Part shown: positions 30,864 through 39,752 of the stretch, piece by piece
How positions within the stretch are numbered: position 1 is the stretch's first letter
Layout of the letters: the number at the start of each line of letters is the position of its first letter
DNA from: a virus
Taxonomy: Duplodnaviria; Caudoviricetes
Direction: 5' to 3' (one strand)
Length of the DNA stretch: 64,000 bases
IMG/VR virus record: IMGVR_UViG_3300025137_005045
Translations under genes and position numbers: made by a program
Notes under the pieces: model-generated
Databases searched by the model: none
The model's input: the letters and a program-made list of their open reading frames with translations, nothing else
Told to the model about the DNA's origin: nothing

Positions 30864-31169
30864 ATGACACAGACACAGGTAAAAAATAAAGTTAAACCAG
30901 ACGTTGTAGTTAAAGAACCTCCAATGTATAAAGTTATCTATGTCAATGACGAAGAGACATCGATGGAGTTTGTTGTGACTAGTCTTGTTGAATATTTTGA
31001 TTATACTGTGCAATTAGCGAATGAGAAAACATTAGAAGTTCATGAAGCCGGAGCGGCATCAGTAGCTGTTCTACCTTACGAAATAGCTGAACAAAAAGGT
31101 ATTGAAGTTACTCTGAGTGCTAGAACAAATGGCTATCCTTTAATGATTAAGATAGAGCCAACCGGTTAA
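30864..31169 (+). CDS. clpS: Clp adaptor ClpS
   Basis: EPPMYKVIYVNDEETSMEFVV, EVHEAG, YEIAEQK, YPL. Confidence 0.9.
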   Translation: MTQTQVKNKVKPDVVVKEPPMYKVIYVNDEETSMEFVVTSLVEYFDYTVQLANEKTLEVHEAGAASVAVLPYEIAEQKGIEVTLSARTNGYPLMIKIEPTG

Positions 31170-31945
31170 AGATCAATAATAATTTGTTTAGGATTGTAAG
31201 GTAGTCGATCCCAAGCATCTTCTATATTACGTCTTGGGTTTGAAACAAATCTAATTCCATCAAATACTTCATCTACAGGATTTTGATAGTGACCAAAACA
31301 CCAGGTATCTATTAATTCTTTACTATCAGCAAGTATACATTGATTTAATAACGTGTTACCTAATAAATTAAATCTAACACTTTCCTTACTTGCAGTATCA
31401 TGTATAAGTTGAGGAAGTGGAACCGTGTTAGTAACTATTATAATTTTTTCTACTTCTTCAATGGTTTGTAATCTTTCTATACTAGCACTTAGATATCGCA
31501 CATCACTATATGCTAAGGCATATATATTAGCCAATTCATTAGTATTACATTGCCAATCTTCTTTCAATAATTTTTCTGCTTGTTCATCATTTATCAATGG
31601 ATTAAAATCATAGGTCCACCATCCATTACATGCTACAAATGCAACTCCACTATAAATTGCAACATTATCTTGTAGGAAAACAACATTACCCATTCTACTA
31701 ATTTGTTTTTTGAGTTCTTTATAGCTTTCGTTCATATCGGACAAATGATCACGATGATCCAAACTGCCATCTATATAGAATACGGTTTTATATTGTTTAC
31801 CAAGATGTTTAAGTGTCTCAAGTAGTACGTTTCGATCACGTGAAATGTTACCGGCAACGACACAATATAGACTGGTCGGTTGACCTTCCCAGTTCAAATC
31901 GTATATAATGTTTAAGTCACTTATTAAGTCGAATGTAATTTGCAT
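31166..31945 (-). CDS. Calcineurin-like metallophosphoesterase, degenerate
   Basis: FDLISDLN, VVAGN, WCFGH, RFVSNPR; several metal ligands substituted. Confidence 0.65.
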   Translation of the reverse strand: MQITFDLISDLNIIYDLNWEGQPTSLYCVVAGNISRDRNVLLETLKHLGKQYKTVFYIDGSLDHRDHLSDMNESYKELKKQISRMGNVVFLQDNVAIYSGVAFVACNGWWTYDFNPLINDEQAEKLLKEDWQCNTNELANIYALAYSDVRYLSASIERLQTIEEVEKIIIVTNTVPLPQLIHDTASKESVRFNLLGNTLLNQCILADSKELIDTWCFGHYQNPVDEVFDGIRFVSNPRRNIEDAWDRLPYNPKQIIIDL

Positions 31946-31973
31946 TATAAGTAATTATGCCAGGAGACAACCA

Positions 31974-32336
31974 ATGAATATAGTATTAGAAAATCAAGTA
32001 ACAGATGATATAAAAGAAAAATTTATGCTAGCTGAGCTAGATAGTTTTCAGAATGAACCCGATGGTGTAGCTATCCAAAGCTACGCTGTAATCACTAAAG
32101 ATGAAATTAATCTTCAGGAAATACATAATGTTGAGAGATTTATAGACCTTCATAATAATCTGATGAAAAATTATAGAATCAGAAATTGGAAATATTGTGA
32201 AGATGCTATAGAACATTTAATGGGAAAGTTTAGAGGTGAGCTCGATAGCTTCTATACTGTATTAAATGAAAGAATCAATGCACTCAAAGACATAACTCTA
32301 GCTGAGGAGTGGACTCCCCACATTCAGCAGTACTAA
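31974..32336 (+). CDS. Stand-alone homologue of the C-terminal domain of the CHASE2 adenylate cyclase
   Basis: HNNLMKNYRIRNWKYC...LMGKFRGELDSFY...W resembles HQEMYASYQAQEFDKA...LKSHFEGQMTSYY...W of the 47163 ORF; AGGAG SD before ATG 31974. Confidence 0.55.
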   Translation: MNIVLENQVTDDIKEKFMLAELDSFQNEPDGVAIQSYAVITKDEINLQEIHNVERFIDLHNNLMKNYRIRNWKYCEDAIEHLMGKFRGELDSFYTVLNERINALKDITLAEEWTPHIQQY

Positions 32337-32378
32337 TTTATAGATTACTCCCTGATAAATAATAGTAGGGAGTAGCAA

Positions 32379-32861
32379 ATGAAAATATTAGTATACATAC
32401 TATTGGCTGTAAGTTTAAACATTTTGTTTATTGCTGGCGGTGGATTTGTAGGTACAGTAGTAGCACAACCAATGAATGATTTTACGTTCAAAAGTCCAGC
32501 CTTTAACGGTAATGGATACTCCGCACACGTATTAACAATAGAAAATCAAGAATTTAGTCGTAAAAAAGCACTAGCTGAGAAGATCGAATCTGAATTAAAA
32601 GACGCTGAGCGTGAAGCACAAAGCACTAATATTGCTAAGTTTATGAGTAACTTAGAATCTAGAATCTATGCACAAATATCACAAGATTTAGCTACAGCAA
32701 TGTTTACAGACGATGAATCAAGTCCAACAAGTGGTACCTTAAGTTTTGAAGGTAATATTATTAACTGGAATAGGTCAGCAGATATTATCACCTTAGGGGT
32801 CACAGACATTGTTGGAACAACAACCACAATTGAGATACCATTAGGTGATTTTACATTTTAA
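32379..32861 (+). CDS. csgF: Curli assembly protein CsgF-like
   Basis: Signal peptide, FTFKSPAFNGNGY...ENQE, LESRIYAQISQ; directly before csgG. Confidence 0.8.
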   Translation: MKILVYILLAVSLNILFIAGGGFVGTVVAQPMNDFTFKSPAFNGNGYSAHVLTIENQEFSRKKALAEKIESELKDAEREAQSTNIAKFMSNLESRIYAQISQDLATAMFTDDESSPTSGTLSFEGNIINWNRSADIITLGVTDIVGTTTTIEIPLGDFTF

Positions 32862-34192
32862 TGAAAATAATAATTATTTTATTGATGACTCTAACAATTT
32901 TAGGTTGTGCAACAGGACAGGCTATAAAACAAACATATGATGTGCCAGTACTAATAGAGAAAAGCACTGCTAAAGAATTTGATACTATACCGCCTCCAGC
33001 ATTAGGTAAGATAGTTGTAGCAGTATACTCGTTTACTGACAAGACCGGACAAAGACGTCCAAGCAATACGCAGTCAAGTTTTAGTACAGCAGTTACACAA
33101 GGATCAGATGCTTTTTTACTTAAAGCACTTGGTGATGTAGGAAGAGGAAGATGGTTCACAGTGGTTGAACGTGGAGGACTGCAAAGTATAACGCAAGAAA
33201 GACAGATTATTAGACAAATGCGTGAAGCTTATGATGGAGTTGACGCAAAGAAATTAATGCCAATGAAGTTTGCTGGTATGTTGATAGAAGGTGGCATAAC
33301 AGGTTACGATACTTCAACAAGAAGTGGTGGTATGGGCATGCGTGTATTAGGCATAGGACCACAAACACAATTTAGTGAGGATATTATCACTGTAAGTTTG
33401 CGAGCAATAAGTGTTAACACCGGCGAAGTGATTGCCGCAGTTAATGTACAGAAAACAATATATTCTACAGCAGACAGTATAGCAGTATTAAAATTCTTCG
33501 ACAATGACACACAGATTTTTGAATTTGAATCGGGAATTACATTAAATGAGCCAGCAACATTGGCAGTTAAAACTACAGTCGAAGCGGCAGTGGTTGAATT
33601 AATTAAAGAAGGTGAGCGTAAGGATATATGGGACTACGGTGAATATCCTGAGACAGTAGAGATAGAGCCTACAATTGTTGAAGTGATAAAGGAAGTTGAG
33701 GTAGTAAGGGAAGTTGAGGTAATAAAGGAAGTTGAGGTAATAAAAGAAGTTGAAGTGATAAAAGAAGTTGAAGTGATAAAGGAAGTTGAGGTAATAAAAG
33801 AAGTGTATACTGAACTACCGCCACTACAGGAAGAAGAGTCTATGGCTACGGTACTCAGTGATAACATTGATAAAATAGTGGCACGTATGAAGGATGTAGA
33901 AGTGATCGACGAAACGGTGCTTGAAGAAATTGCACCACAAGACGAACTGACTGTAAGTGATTTACCGCCATTACAGGAAGAGGAGATTATAACTCCTGAT
34001 CTTTACTATGACAGTATAAAAGAAGAGTACACTGAACTACCGCCATTACAGGACGAGGAGTCTTTAATTTTAGAGCGTTACAATGATGATATCAGTGAAG
34101 ATATTGATAAAGTAGTGACACGTGTTCAGGATGAATTAGAAGAATATTATCAACGATGTTTAGAATATAATCATGAGGAGAACTGTCCGTAA
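32861..34192 (+). CDS. csgG: Curli secretion channel CsgG with acidic repetitive C-terminal extension
   Basis: Lipobox ILG-C; VAVYSFTDKTGQ...FSTAVTQG...WFTVVERGGLQSITQERQIIR; EGGITGYD. Confidence 0.92.
   Translation: MKIIIILLMTLTILGCATGQAIKQTYDVPVLIEKSTAKEFDTIPPPALGKIVVAVYSFTDKTGQRRPSNTQSSFSTAVTQGSDAFLLKALGDVGRGRWFTVVERGGLQSITQERQIIRQMREAYDGVDAKKLMPMKFAGMLIEGGITGYDTSTRSGGMGMRVLGIGPQTQFSEDIITVSLRAISVNTGEVIAAVNVQKTIYSTADSIAVLKFFDNDTQIFEFESGITLNEPATLAVKTTVEAAVVELIKEGERKDIWDYGEYPETVEIEPTIVEVIKEVEVVREVEVIKEVEVIKEVEVIKEVEVIKEVEVIKEVYTELPPLQEEESMATVLSDNIDKIVARMKDVEVIDETVLEEIAPQDELTVSDLPPLQEEEIITPDLYYDSIKEEYTELPPLQDEESLILERYNDDISEDIDKVVTRVQDELEEYYQRCLEYNHEENCP
33677..33802 (+). repeat. Seven tandem 18-bp coding repeats (VEVIKE)
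   Basis: GTTGA(A/G)GT(G/A)(A/G)TAA(A/G)(G/A)GAA x7, in frame in csgG. Confidence 0.95.
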
Positions 34193-34252
34193 GTGATTTT
34201 TCAGACTTACAGGATAAAGTAGTAAAAATGCTTAATAAGCAAGGAAGGAAAA

Positions 34253-35164
34253 ATGAAATTTATTAAACTATTTGGAATGATGTTTCTTACGTTGTCAATG
34301 GCACATGCCGCTGACAATAGCATTTATATTGACCAAATTGGTAGTAGTTCTACCATTAATATAAAACAAGATGGATCAGGTAACAAAGTGTTTGGAGTAG
34401 GCGATTCTGAAGGAACTCCGGCCAAGTTTACAGGTTCATCGCAAACTGTTGATATTAGACAAGTGGGAGGTAGTAACATATTAGGTATTGATATGAACAC
34501 CACAGTCGTATCTGGTGTTGGTGTTGACCTCAAATACTACATCACAGGTTCGAACTCTGTAGCAAGTATTGATATCAATGGAGACGGCTTAGGAACAGCG
34601 GCTAACAATACCATTGACATTCAACAAACTGGTAACCTGAATGATTTAATCTTTGACTTACTAGGTACAGGAAATACAATTAATGCGGCAATGACAGGTG
34701 GTACTTTAAACGATCTTACTTTTGATATTGATGCTGATAGTTTAACTGTAGATGTTGCTGTTAGTGGAGGTGGCTCTAACAAAATTACATTAACACTTGG
34801 TTCAAGCAGTTCAGACATAGATATTACAACTGTCGGTGCTAGTAATCAAGTTACTTCTACACAAACTGGTGTAGGTGTATTTGACTTAGATGTCATTGCA
34901 AATAGCAGTAGTAACACAATCACAACTGTACAACGAGACGTTGGTAATAGTGGAACAGATATTAATATTACGTCCGCTGGATCTACCAATACAGTATCAA
35001 CTAGCCAAATTGGTTCCTCGGGTTCTTCAGGACATGAAATTGAAATAGATATTGCAGGAGCAAGCAACAACATAACAGTTACCCAGTCTGGAGGATTAGA
35101 AAATGATTCCAATATTGATATAACTGGTAGTAGTAATACTTGGACAATCACTCAGGAAGAATAA
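34253..35164 (+). CDS. Secreted curlin-repeat protein (CsgA/CsgB-like)
   Basis: Signal peptide AHA-A; repeated N-x-I-x-I-x-Q-x-G units (NSIYIDQIGSSSTINIKQDGSGN, NNTIDIQQTGNLN, NNITVTQSGG). Confidence 0.8.
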   Translation: MKFIKLFGMMFLTLSMAHAADNSIYIDQIGSSSTINIKQDGSGNKVFGVGDSEGTPAKFTGSSQTVDIRQVGGSNILGIDMNTTVVSGVGVDLKYYITGSNSVASIDINGDGLGTAANNTIDIQQTGNLNDLIFDLLGTGNTINAAMTGGTLNDLTFDIDADSLTVDVAVSGGGSNKITLTLGSSSSDIDITTVGASNQVTSTQTGVGVFDLDVIANSSSNTITTVQRDVGNSGTDINITSAGSTNTVSTSQIGSSGSSGHEIEIDIAGASNNITVTQSGGLENDSNIDITGSSNTWTITQEE

Positions 35165-35165
35165 A

Positions 35166-35336
35166 ATGCTTGAAGACGATGATGTTGTTATCATACACAG
35201 CTATCTAGGAGACGAGTCGTTATCGTTTGCAGGTTGGCTTAAGGTTGATCATAATATAGACGTTAACACTTTATCTTTAAAAGATCATGTTAAGTATCGT
35301 AAACTATGGACAAAAACTTCCCGCTATACTGGATAA
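35166..35336 (+). CDS. Small hypothetical protein (56 aa, not in track)
   Basis: ATG two bases after curlin stop; MLEDDDVVIIHSYLGDESLSFAGWLK... Confidence 0.4.
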   Translation: MLEDDDVVIIHSYLGDESLSFAGWLKVDHNIDVNTLSLKDHVKYRKLWTKTSRYTG

Positions 35337-36424
35337 TATCAATGTTCCTTATAATGCCAACATTGGCATGGGGAGCCGTTGGAAAAATTTCTGCTCAACA
35401 GCATGATATAGGGAGCATTACTCGTAATAAAGAAGTACTCAAAGCTGATCTTAATGCAACGATAGAAATGCTTGATGCATTAAGAACTACTCAAGGCACT
35501 CTGGAAATAACTTTTAAAGATGACACAATAGTACAAATGACCGAAAGTGCCAGGATGACTGTTGATGATTTTGTTTATGATCCAAAGAACAAAGACGCAG
35601 GCAAATTAGCAATTAAAATAGCGGCTGGTACTGCCAGATATGCATCAGGACAAATTGCTAAAGACAAACCTCAAGCAGTCAAAATTAAAACTCCAACAGC
35701 AACAATATCAGTTCGTGGTACAGACTTTACAACAACAGTGGATGAGATTGGTGCTACTACAGTTATCTTATTACCTAGTTGTCCTTTTGGATGGGCATCT
35801 ATAGAAAGAGATTGTAAAACAGGTGCCATTGATGTTGAAAGCATGGGAGGTATTGTGTATATGGATAAACCATTTCAAGCCACTCGTGTTCCTAATCTAG
35901 ATTCTAAACCAACTCCTCCGGTTATTGTTGATTTGACAGAAGAAATGATTAAGAACATTCTTATTACTGGTACACCAAAAGAGATTGAAGCTGAAGAAGT
36001 TGGCCAGACTAATGTATCTGCATTAGATAATAATGCTCTTGATCAGGACCTGTTAGAAAATGAATTAGATAAAGCAGATGAACAATTGTATGTAAACAAA
36101 CTTAATCAAAACTTGTTAGAGAGAGACTTTCTGGTTAATGTGCTAGATATTTTAAATATGCAGTTAGCACTGGCACAAGAGAGAATACTATCTGTCTCAG
36201 AGAAGAATGAACTACTGCCTGATTTTATTCCTGACCAAGGTGTGACATTTACCACCGACGGTATAATAGTTGAATTGTGCATGGACACAACAGGTAGTGA
36301 CATAAGCTGTATTACAGTTCCTGAGAATCAAGAAACTACTATACGACAGATACAAGGTGCAGTTGATATAACCAACAGAGTAATTGATAATGGTACTACC
36401 ACCATTACCACGGAACAAAACTAA
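35306..36424 (+). CDS. FecR-domain periplasmic protein
   Basis: LEITFKDDTIVQMTESARMTVDDFVYDP...GTARYASG...IKTPTATISVRGTDF. Confidence 0.88.
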   Translation: MDKNFPLYWIISMFLIMPTLAWGAVGKISAQQHDIGSITRNKEVLKADLNATIEMLDALRTTQGTLEITFKDDTIVQMTESARMTVDDFVYDPKNKDAGKLAIKIAAGTARYASGQIAKDKPQAVKIKTPTATISVRGTDFTTTVDEIGATTVILLPSCPFGWASIERDCKTGAIDVESMGGIVYMDKPFQATRVPNLDSKPTPPVIVDLTEEMIKNILITGTPKEIEAEEVGQTNVSALDNNALDQDLLENELDKADEQLYVNKLNQNLLERDFLVNVLDILNMQLALAQERILSVSEKNELLPDFIPDQGVTFTTDGIIVELCMDTTGSDISCITVPENQETTIRQIQGAVDITNRVIDNGTTTITTEQN

Positions 36425-37773
36425 TGATTAGAATATTCACACTTGTATTTTTGTTGTTAATTATATCGAATTTTTTAACAACAAAAGCAGAGGCCGCAAC
36501 CGGACTAACTTATACAACTTTAGCTTGTGGGACCTCCTGGCCCTGCTCATTGACCGGTTCCGTTTTATCTACGGGAACTATTTCCACTGGAGACGTGAAT
36601 TTAAATTGGGGCAGTGGAGAAGTATTAGACTCTGGTAGAAGTGATTATGTTGTTGTAAAACTAGAAGGCTATTTTGTAATGCCAGGAACAGCAGGAACAA
36701 GTTATTCAGTAGAATTTACAAACCAAGATGATGATGGGTCAAGAACTATAATTGGTGGAACAACAGTCATTGATGATTGGTCTGGACTACACTCACCAGC
36801 AGACAGAAGTGGTACTATTACCTTAGTTGGTGGAACAACCTATTCATATCTGAGATATATGTCAGAATGGACTGGTGGTGCTGTATTAAGACAATTTTGG
36901 AAAATAGGTTCTGGCTCTAGAACTTATATGAATTTTGCAGACGACTTTACCACAACATCAAGTCCTGTAACATCAACAACCACCGGTACAAGTAGTGGTA
37001 TAAGTTCTAGTCAAGCAACTACAGTATCAACAGCAAGAACCAGAGCAACAGCGGCAAGTGCAGGTACTAACCCAGATAATTCTGTTTATATAGATCAAGC
37101 TGGTTCCAGTAATACTGTAGTGATTCTACAAGATGGTTCATCAGGTAATCATATACGAGGCATAGGAGTTGACAATGCATCTTTAGTAGGTGACTCCAAT
37201 GACATTGAGATTAAACAGGGTGCTGGTACATCAGGTGATGGAGTTAATTTAATTGAATTAATGGTTGATGGTGATACCAATGATCTAAAACTATATCAAG
37301 ATAGATACGACGATGGAACACCAGATGCAGACCCATCCGGTGATCATATCATTAAGCTGGATGTTGATGGTAATTTAAATGATATTGAAGTAATTCAACG
37401 AGCAAATGGTACAGTTGGTCATTTTGCTGAAATAGATATAACTGGCAATTCTAGTAATTTTGATATTCTACAAAAAGGACAATCCGAAAAACAATTGTTT
37501 ATAGATGTAACTGGTAATAGCAATATAATAGATGTTACACAACGAGACAGCTCATCTAAATTTGCGGATATAAAATTAATTGGAAATGGTCATGATGTGA
37601 CTGTACTACAAAAAGGAACAGGTGCTCATAACGCAACAATTGATTTAACTTTTGGTTCAGGAGCAAGCACTGTGGATTTAACACAACAAGGTAGTTCAAA
37701 TCAATCATATTCTCTAGAACAAATTTGTTACGATGTATCCGGGTGTTCAACTACAGTAACCCAAGGATATTAA
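36424..37773 (+). CDS. Secreted PA14 domain + Ser/Thr linker + curlin-repeat protein
   Basis: Signal peptide; VNLNWGSG...VKLEGYF...DDDGSR...VIDDW...EWTGGAVLRQFW (PA14); C-terminal Q-x-G-x-x-N repeats. Confidence 0.8.
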   Translation: MIRIFTLVFLLLIISNFLTTKAEAATGLTYTTLACGTSWPCSLTGSVLSTGTISTGDVNLNWGSGEVLDSGRSDYVVVKLEGYFVMPGTAGTSYSVEFTNQDDDGSRTIIGGTTVIDDWSGLHSPADRSGTITLVGGTTYSYLRYMSEWTGGAVLRQFWKIGSGSRTYMNFADDFTTTSSPVTSTTTGTSSGISSSQATTVSTARTRATAASAGTNPDNSVYIDQAGSSNTVVILQDGSSGNHIRGIGVDNASLVGDSNDIEIKQGAGTSGDGVNLIELMVDGDTNDLKLYQDRYDDGTPDADPSGDHIIKLDVDGNLNDIEVIQRANGTVGHFAEIDITGNSSNFDILQKGQSEKQLFIDVTGNSNIIDVTQRDSSSKFADIKLIGNGHDVTVLQKGTGAHNATIDLTFGSGASTVDLTQQGSSNQSYSLEQICYDVSGCSTTVTQGY

Positions 37774-37807
37774 TAATTTTATTACTGCCTGCAGGAAAGA
37801 ATAAATA

Positions 37808-37920
37808 GTAATTGCAACGCTAACAGTCTGTTGGCGTCGGTAAAAAATGACGCGGACTAAAAGTCCTTTTAGAGATGTGTAGCTCTTAACGCCCACCGTA
37901 TGTAGAATTCTCTACTAGCT
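37808..37920 (+). ncRNA. Candidate structured RNA of unknown family
   Basis: Follows TAAATA at 37802; several short hairpins, no ORF. Confidence 0.35.
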
Positions 37921-37930
37921 AAAATAGTGC

Positions 37931-37959
37931 TTGACAATACAAACTATACTAACTATAAT
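37931..37959 (+). promoter_or_regulatory. Consensus sigma70 promoter
   Basis: TTGACA-17 nt-TATAAT. Confidence 0.8.
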
Positions 37960-37983
37960 AGTTAACTACGGAACCATATTATT

Positions 37984-39030
37984 ATGACTAAAAAAACTTT
38001 AACCACTTTTTATGCTTTAGCATATCTATTAATATCAGGAGGAGTAATTGCACTTGCTAACCCTTCTTGGAATATAATATCAGTATTGATTGCTATACCA
38101 ATACTATATGGAATATTTGAAACTAAATTCTTTACGAATGATAGCAAAGTAAAATGGGCTCAGGCGTTCGTATATATTGGCAGTATAACAACATTAATAT
38201 TTCTATTTGATTGGACAATGTTATTATTAGGAATTGTTGCTGGATGGGTATTATTTGGAGTTGGAGTTAGTATATGTTTACATAAGTGGGCTTCACACAA
38301 GACATTTATACCTAAAAATAAATTTTGGAAAATAATTATTTTATTTTTTGGAACATTATGCACATTAGGTAGCACTATTAGTTGGGCCGCTGGACATAGA
38401 GAACACCATAGATTTACTGATAAGGATGGTGATCCGCATCGACCTGCAGGAAGTTTATGGCATAAAATTAAAGTTTACTTTTATTATTTCCCAACATATC
38501 CAATTAGCCCTATGTTAATTAAAGACCTTACAGTAGATCGTGATCATAAATGGTTTCATAGAAATTATTATAAAATCATATATGCGTACATATTAGGTTT
38601 GTTTTTAATTAATCCTAGCTATGCAGGATACTTTTATTTTATACCAGCGTTATATGTGTTTACAGGCATAAGTTGGGTAACAGTAATAGCACATATACCA
38701 ACCAACGGACGTTTTGGATTTAGAAAAGATACCTGGCGTATATACAAAAGTGATGATTACACATATAACAGTCACATTTGGCAATTCCTGTTAATGGGAG
38801 AAGGATATCATAATACACATCATAGTAGTCCATGGTTATGGAATAATGCTATATTACCTGGAGAGTTTGATATATCTGCAACAATTATTAAACATATAGG
38901 TATACCTAACGACAAACAACCTAAAGAATGGGATAGTGTTCGTCGAGGGCAGGAAATGTTTGATGAAATACAAGCAGAAGTTGCTAAAAATGAACAAGAC
39001 GATAGTCTAGCTGTACCAAAAGCAACATGA
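37984..39030 (+). CDS. Membrane fatty-acid desaturase (delta-9-like)
   Basis: His boxes HKWASH, HREHH, HNTHH; GEGY motif; TM helices. Confidence 0.9.
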   Translation: MTKKTLTTFYALAYLLISGGVIALANPSWNIISVLIAIPILYGIFETKFFTNDSKVKWAQAFVYIGSITTLIFLFDWTMLLLGIVAGWVLFGVGVSICLHKWASHKTFIPKNKFWKIIILFFGTLCTLGSTISWAAGHREHHRFTDKDGDPHRPAGSLWHKIKVYFYYFPTYPISPMLIKDLTVDRDHKWFHRNYYKIIYAYILGLFLINPSYAGYFYFIPALYVFTGISWVTVIAHIPTNGRFGFRKDTWRIYKSDDYTYNSHIWQFLLMGEGYHNTHHSSPWLWNNAILPGEFDISATIIKHIGIPNDKQPKEWDSVRRGQEMFDEIQAEVAKNEQDDSLAVPKAT

Positions 39031-39752
39031 GCAAACCTATTGCATTAGTAGGTCATAGAGCTGGAATGGATTTAATAATTGATATTACTGACGCTATGGG
39101 ACTAGAGATTGCTGGTATTTTTGACAAATATTTTTACGGTAATACAGACAGTACAGAAGGTATTCCTTTTATTGGAAACGAAGAAGAAATTACAGAAGAT
39201 GATATTGAAAAATATAATTTTGTTTTAACATCTAATTATGTTGGTCATGCAAAGTTAACTAATTATGAACACAATGGTGACAATCTAAGACAACGTCGTA
39301 TTAAAATATTTAAAGATCGCAATTTACCTACAGCTAATCTTATTCATCCTAATTCATATGTAGGAGATAAGACACATATTGGATCAAGTGTAATCATTGG
39401 TAGAGACTGCTATGTACGAGCTAATTCACATATAGGTGATTTTTGCTTTCTTGATAGCGGAGCGGCAGTGGCTCATGATGTACATCTTGGGGAAAATGTA
39501 ATTATAACTCCTTATAGTTTCGTTGCTGGTTTTGTTAATATTGGAAATAATGTAATGATTGGAGCAGGATCAAAGATAGTAAATGGTTATAGTGATAGAT
39601 CATTAAACATTGGAGACAATGTAAAAGTTATGGCCGGTTCAACAGTTTTTAAAGATGTGCCAGAAGGGAAATTTGTTACAAACACAGGTAAAATTTTACG
39701 AAGAATTGATTTAAAAAAGGAAAAGGAAAAGGAAAATGGATTACAAGATTAA
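39027..39752 (+). CDS. Hexapeptide-repeat sugar acetyltransferase (NeuD/PglD-like)
   Basis: N-terminal Rossmann-like region, NLIHP, left-handed beta-helix repeats, [11 protein letters not shown]. Confidence 0.85.
   Translation: MSKPIALVGHRAGMDLIIDITDAMGLEIAGIFDKYFYGNTDSTEGIPFIGNEEEITEDDIEKYNFVLTSNYVGHAKLTNYEHNGDNLRQRRIKIFKDRNLPTANLIHPNSYVGDKTHIGSSVIIGRDCYVRANSHIGDFCFLDSGAAVAHDVHLGENVIITPYSFVAGFVNIGNNVMIGAGSKIVNGYSDRSLNIGDNVKVMAGSTVFKDVPEGKFVTNTGKILRRIDLKKEKEKENGLQD

Noticed and set aside
33677-33802. 18 bp periodic repeat as a CRISPR array
   Set aside because: Units are contiguous with no spacers and vary mainly at synonymous positions; it is a coding repeat in csgG
33634-33867. Minus-strand STSFIT-repeat ORF and other long antisense ORFs (e.g. 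4197-4649, 25923-26474, 29060-29581, 56417-56866)
   Set aside because: Shadows of well-supported plus-strand genes; Ser/Leu/Ile-rich, no family motifs recognised
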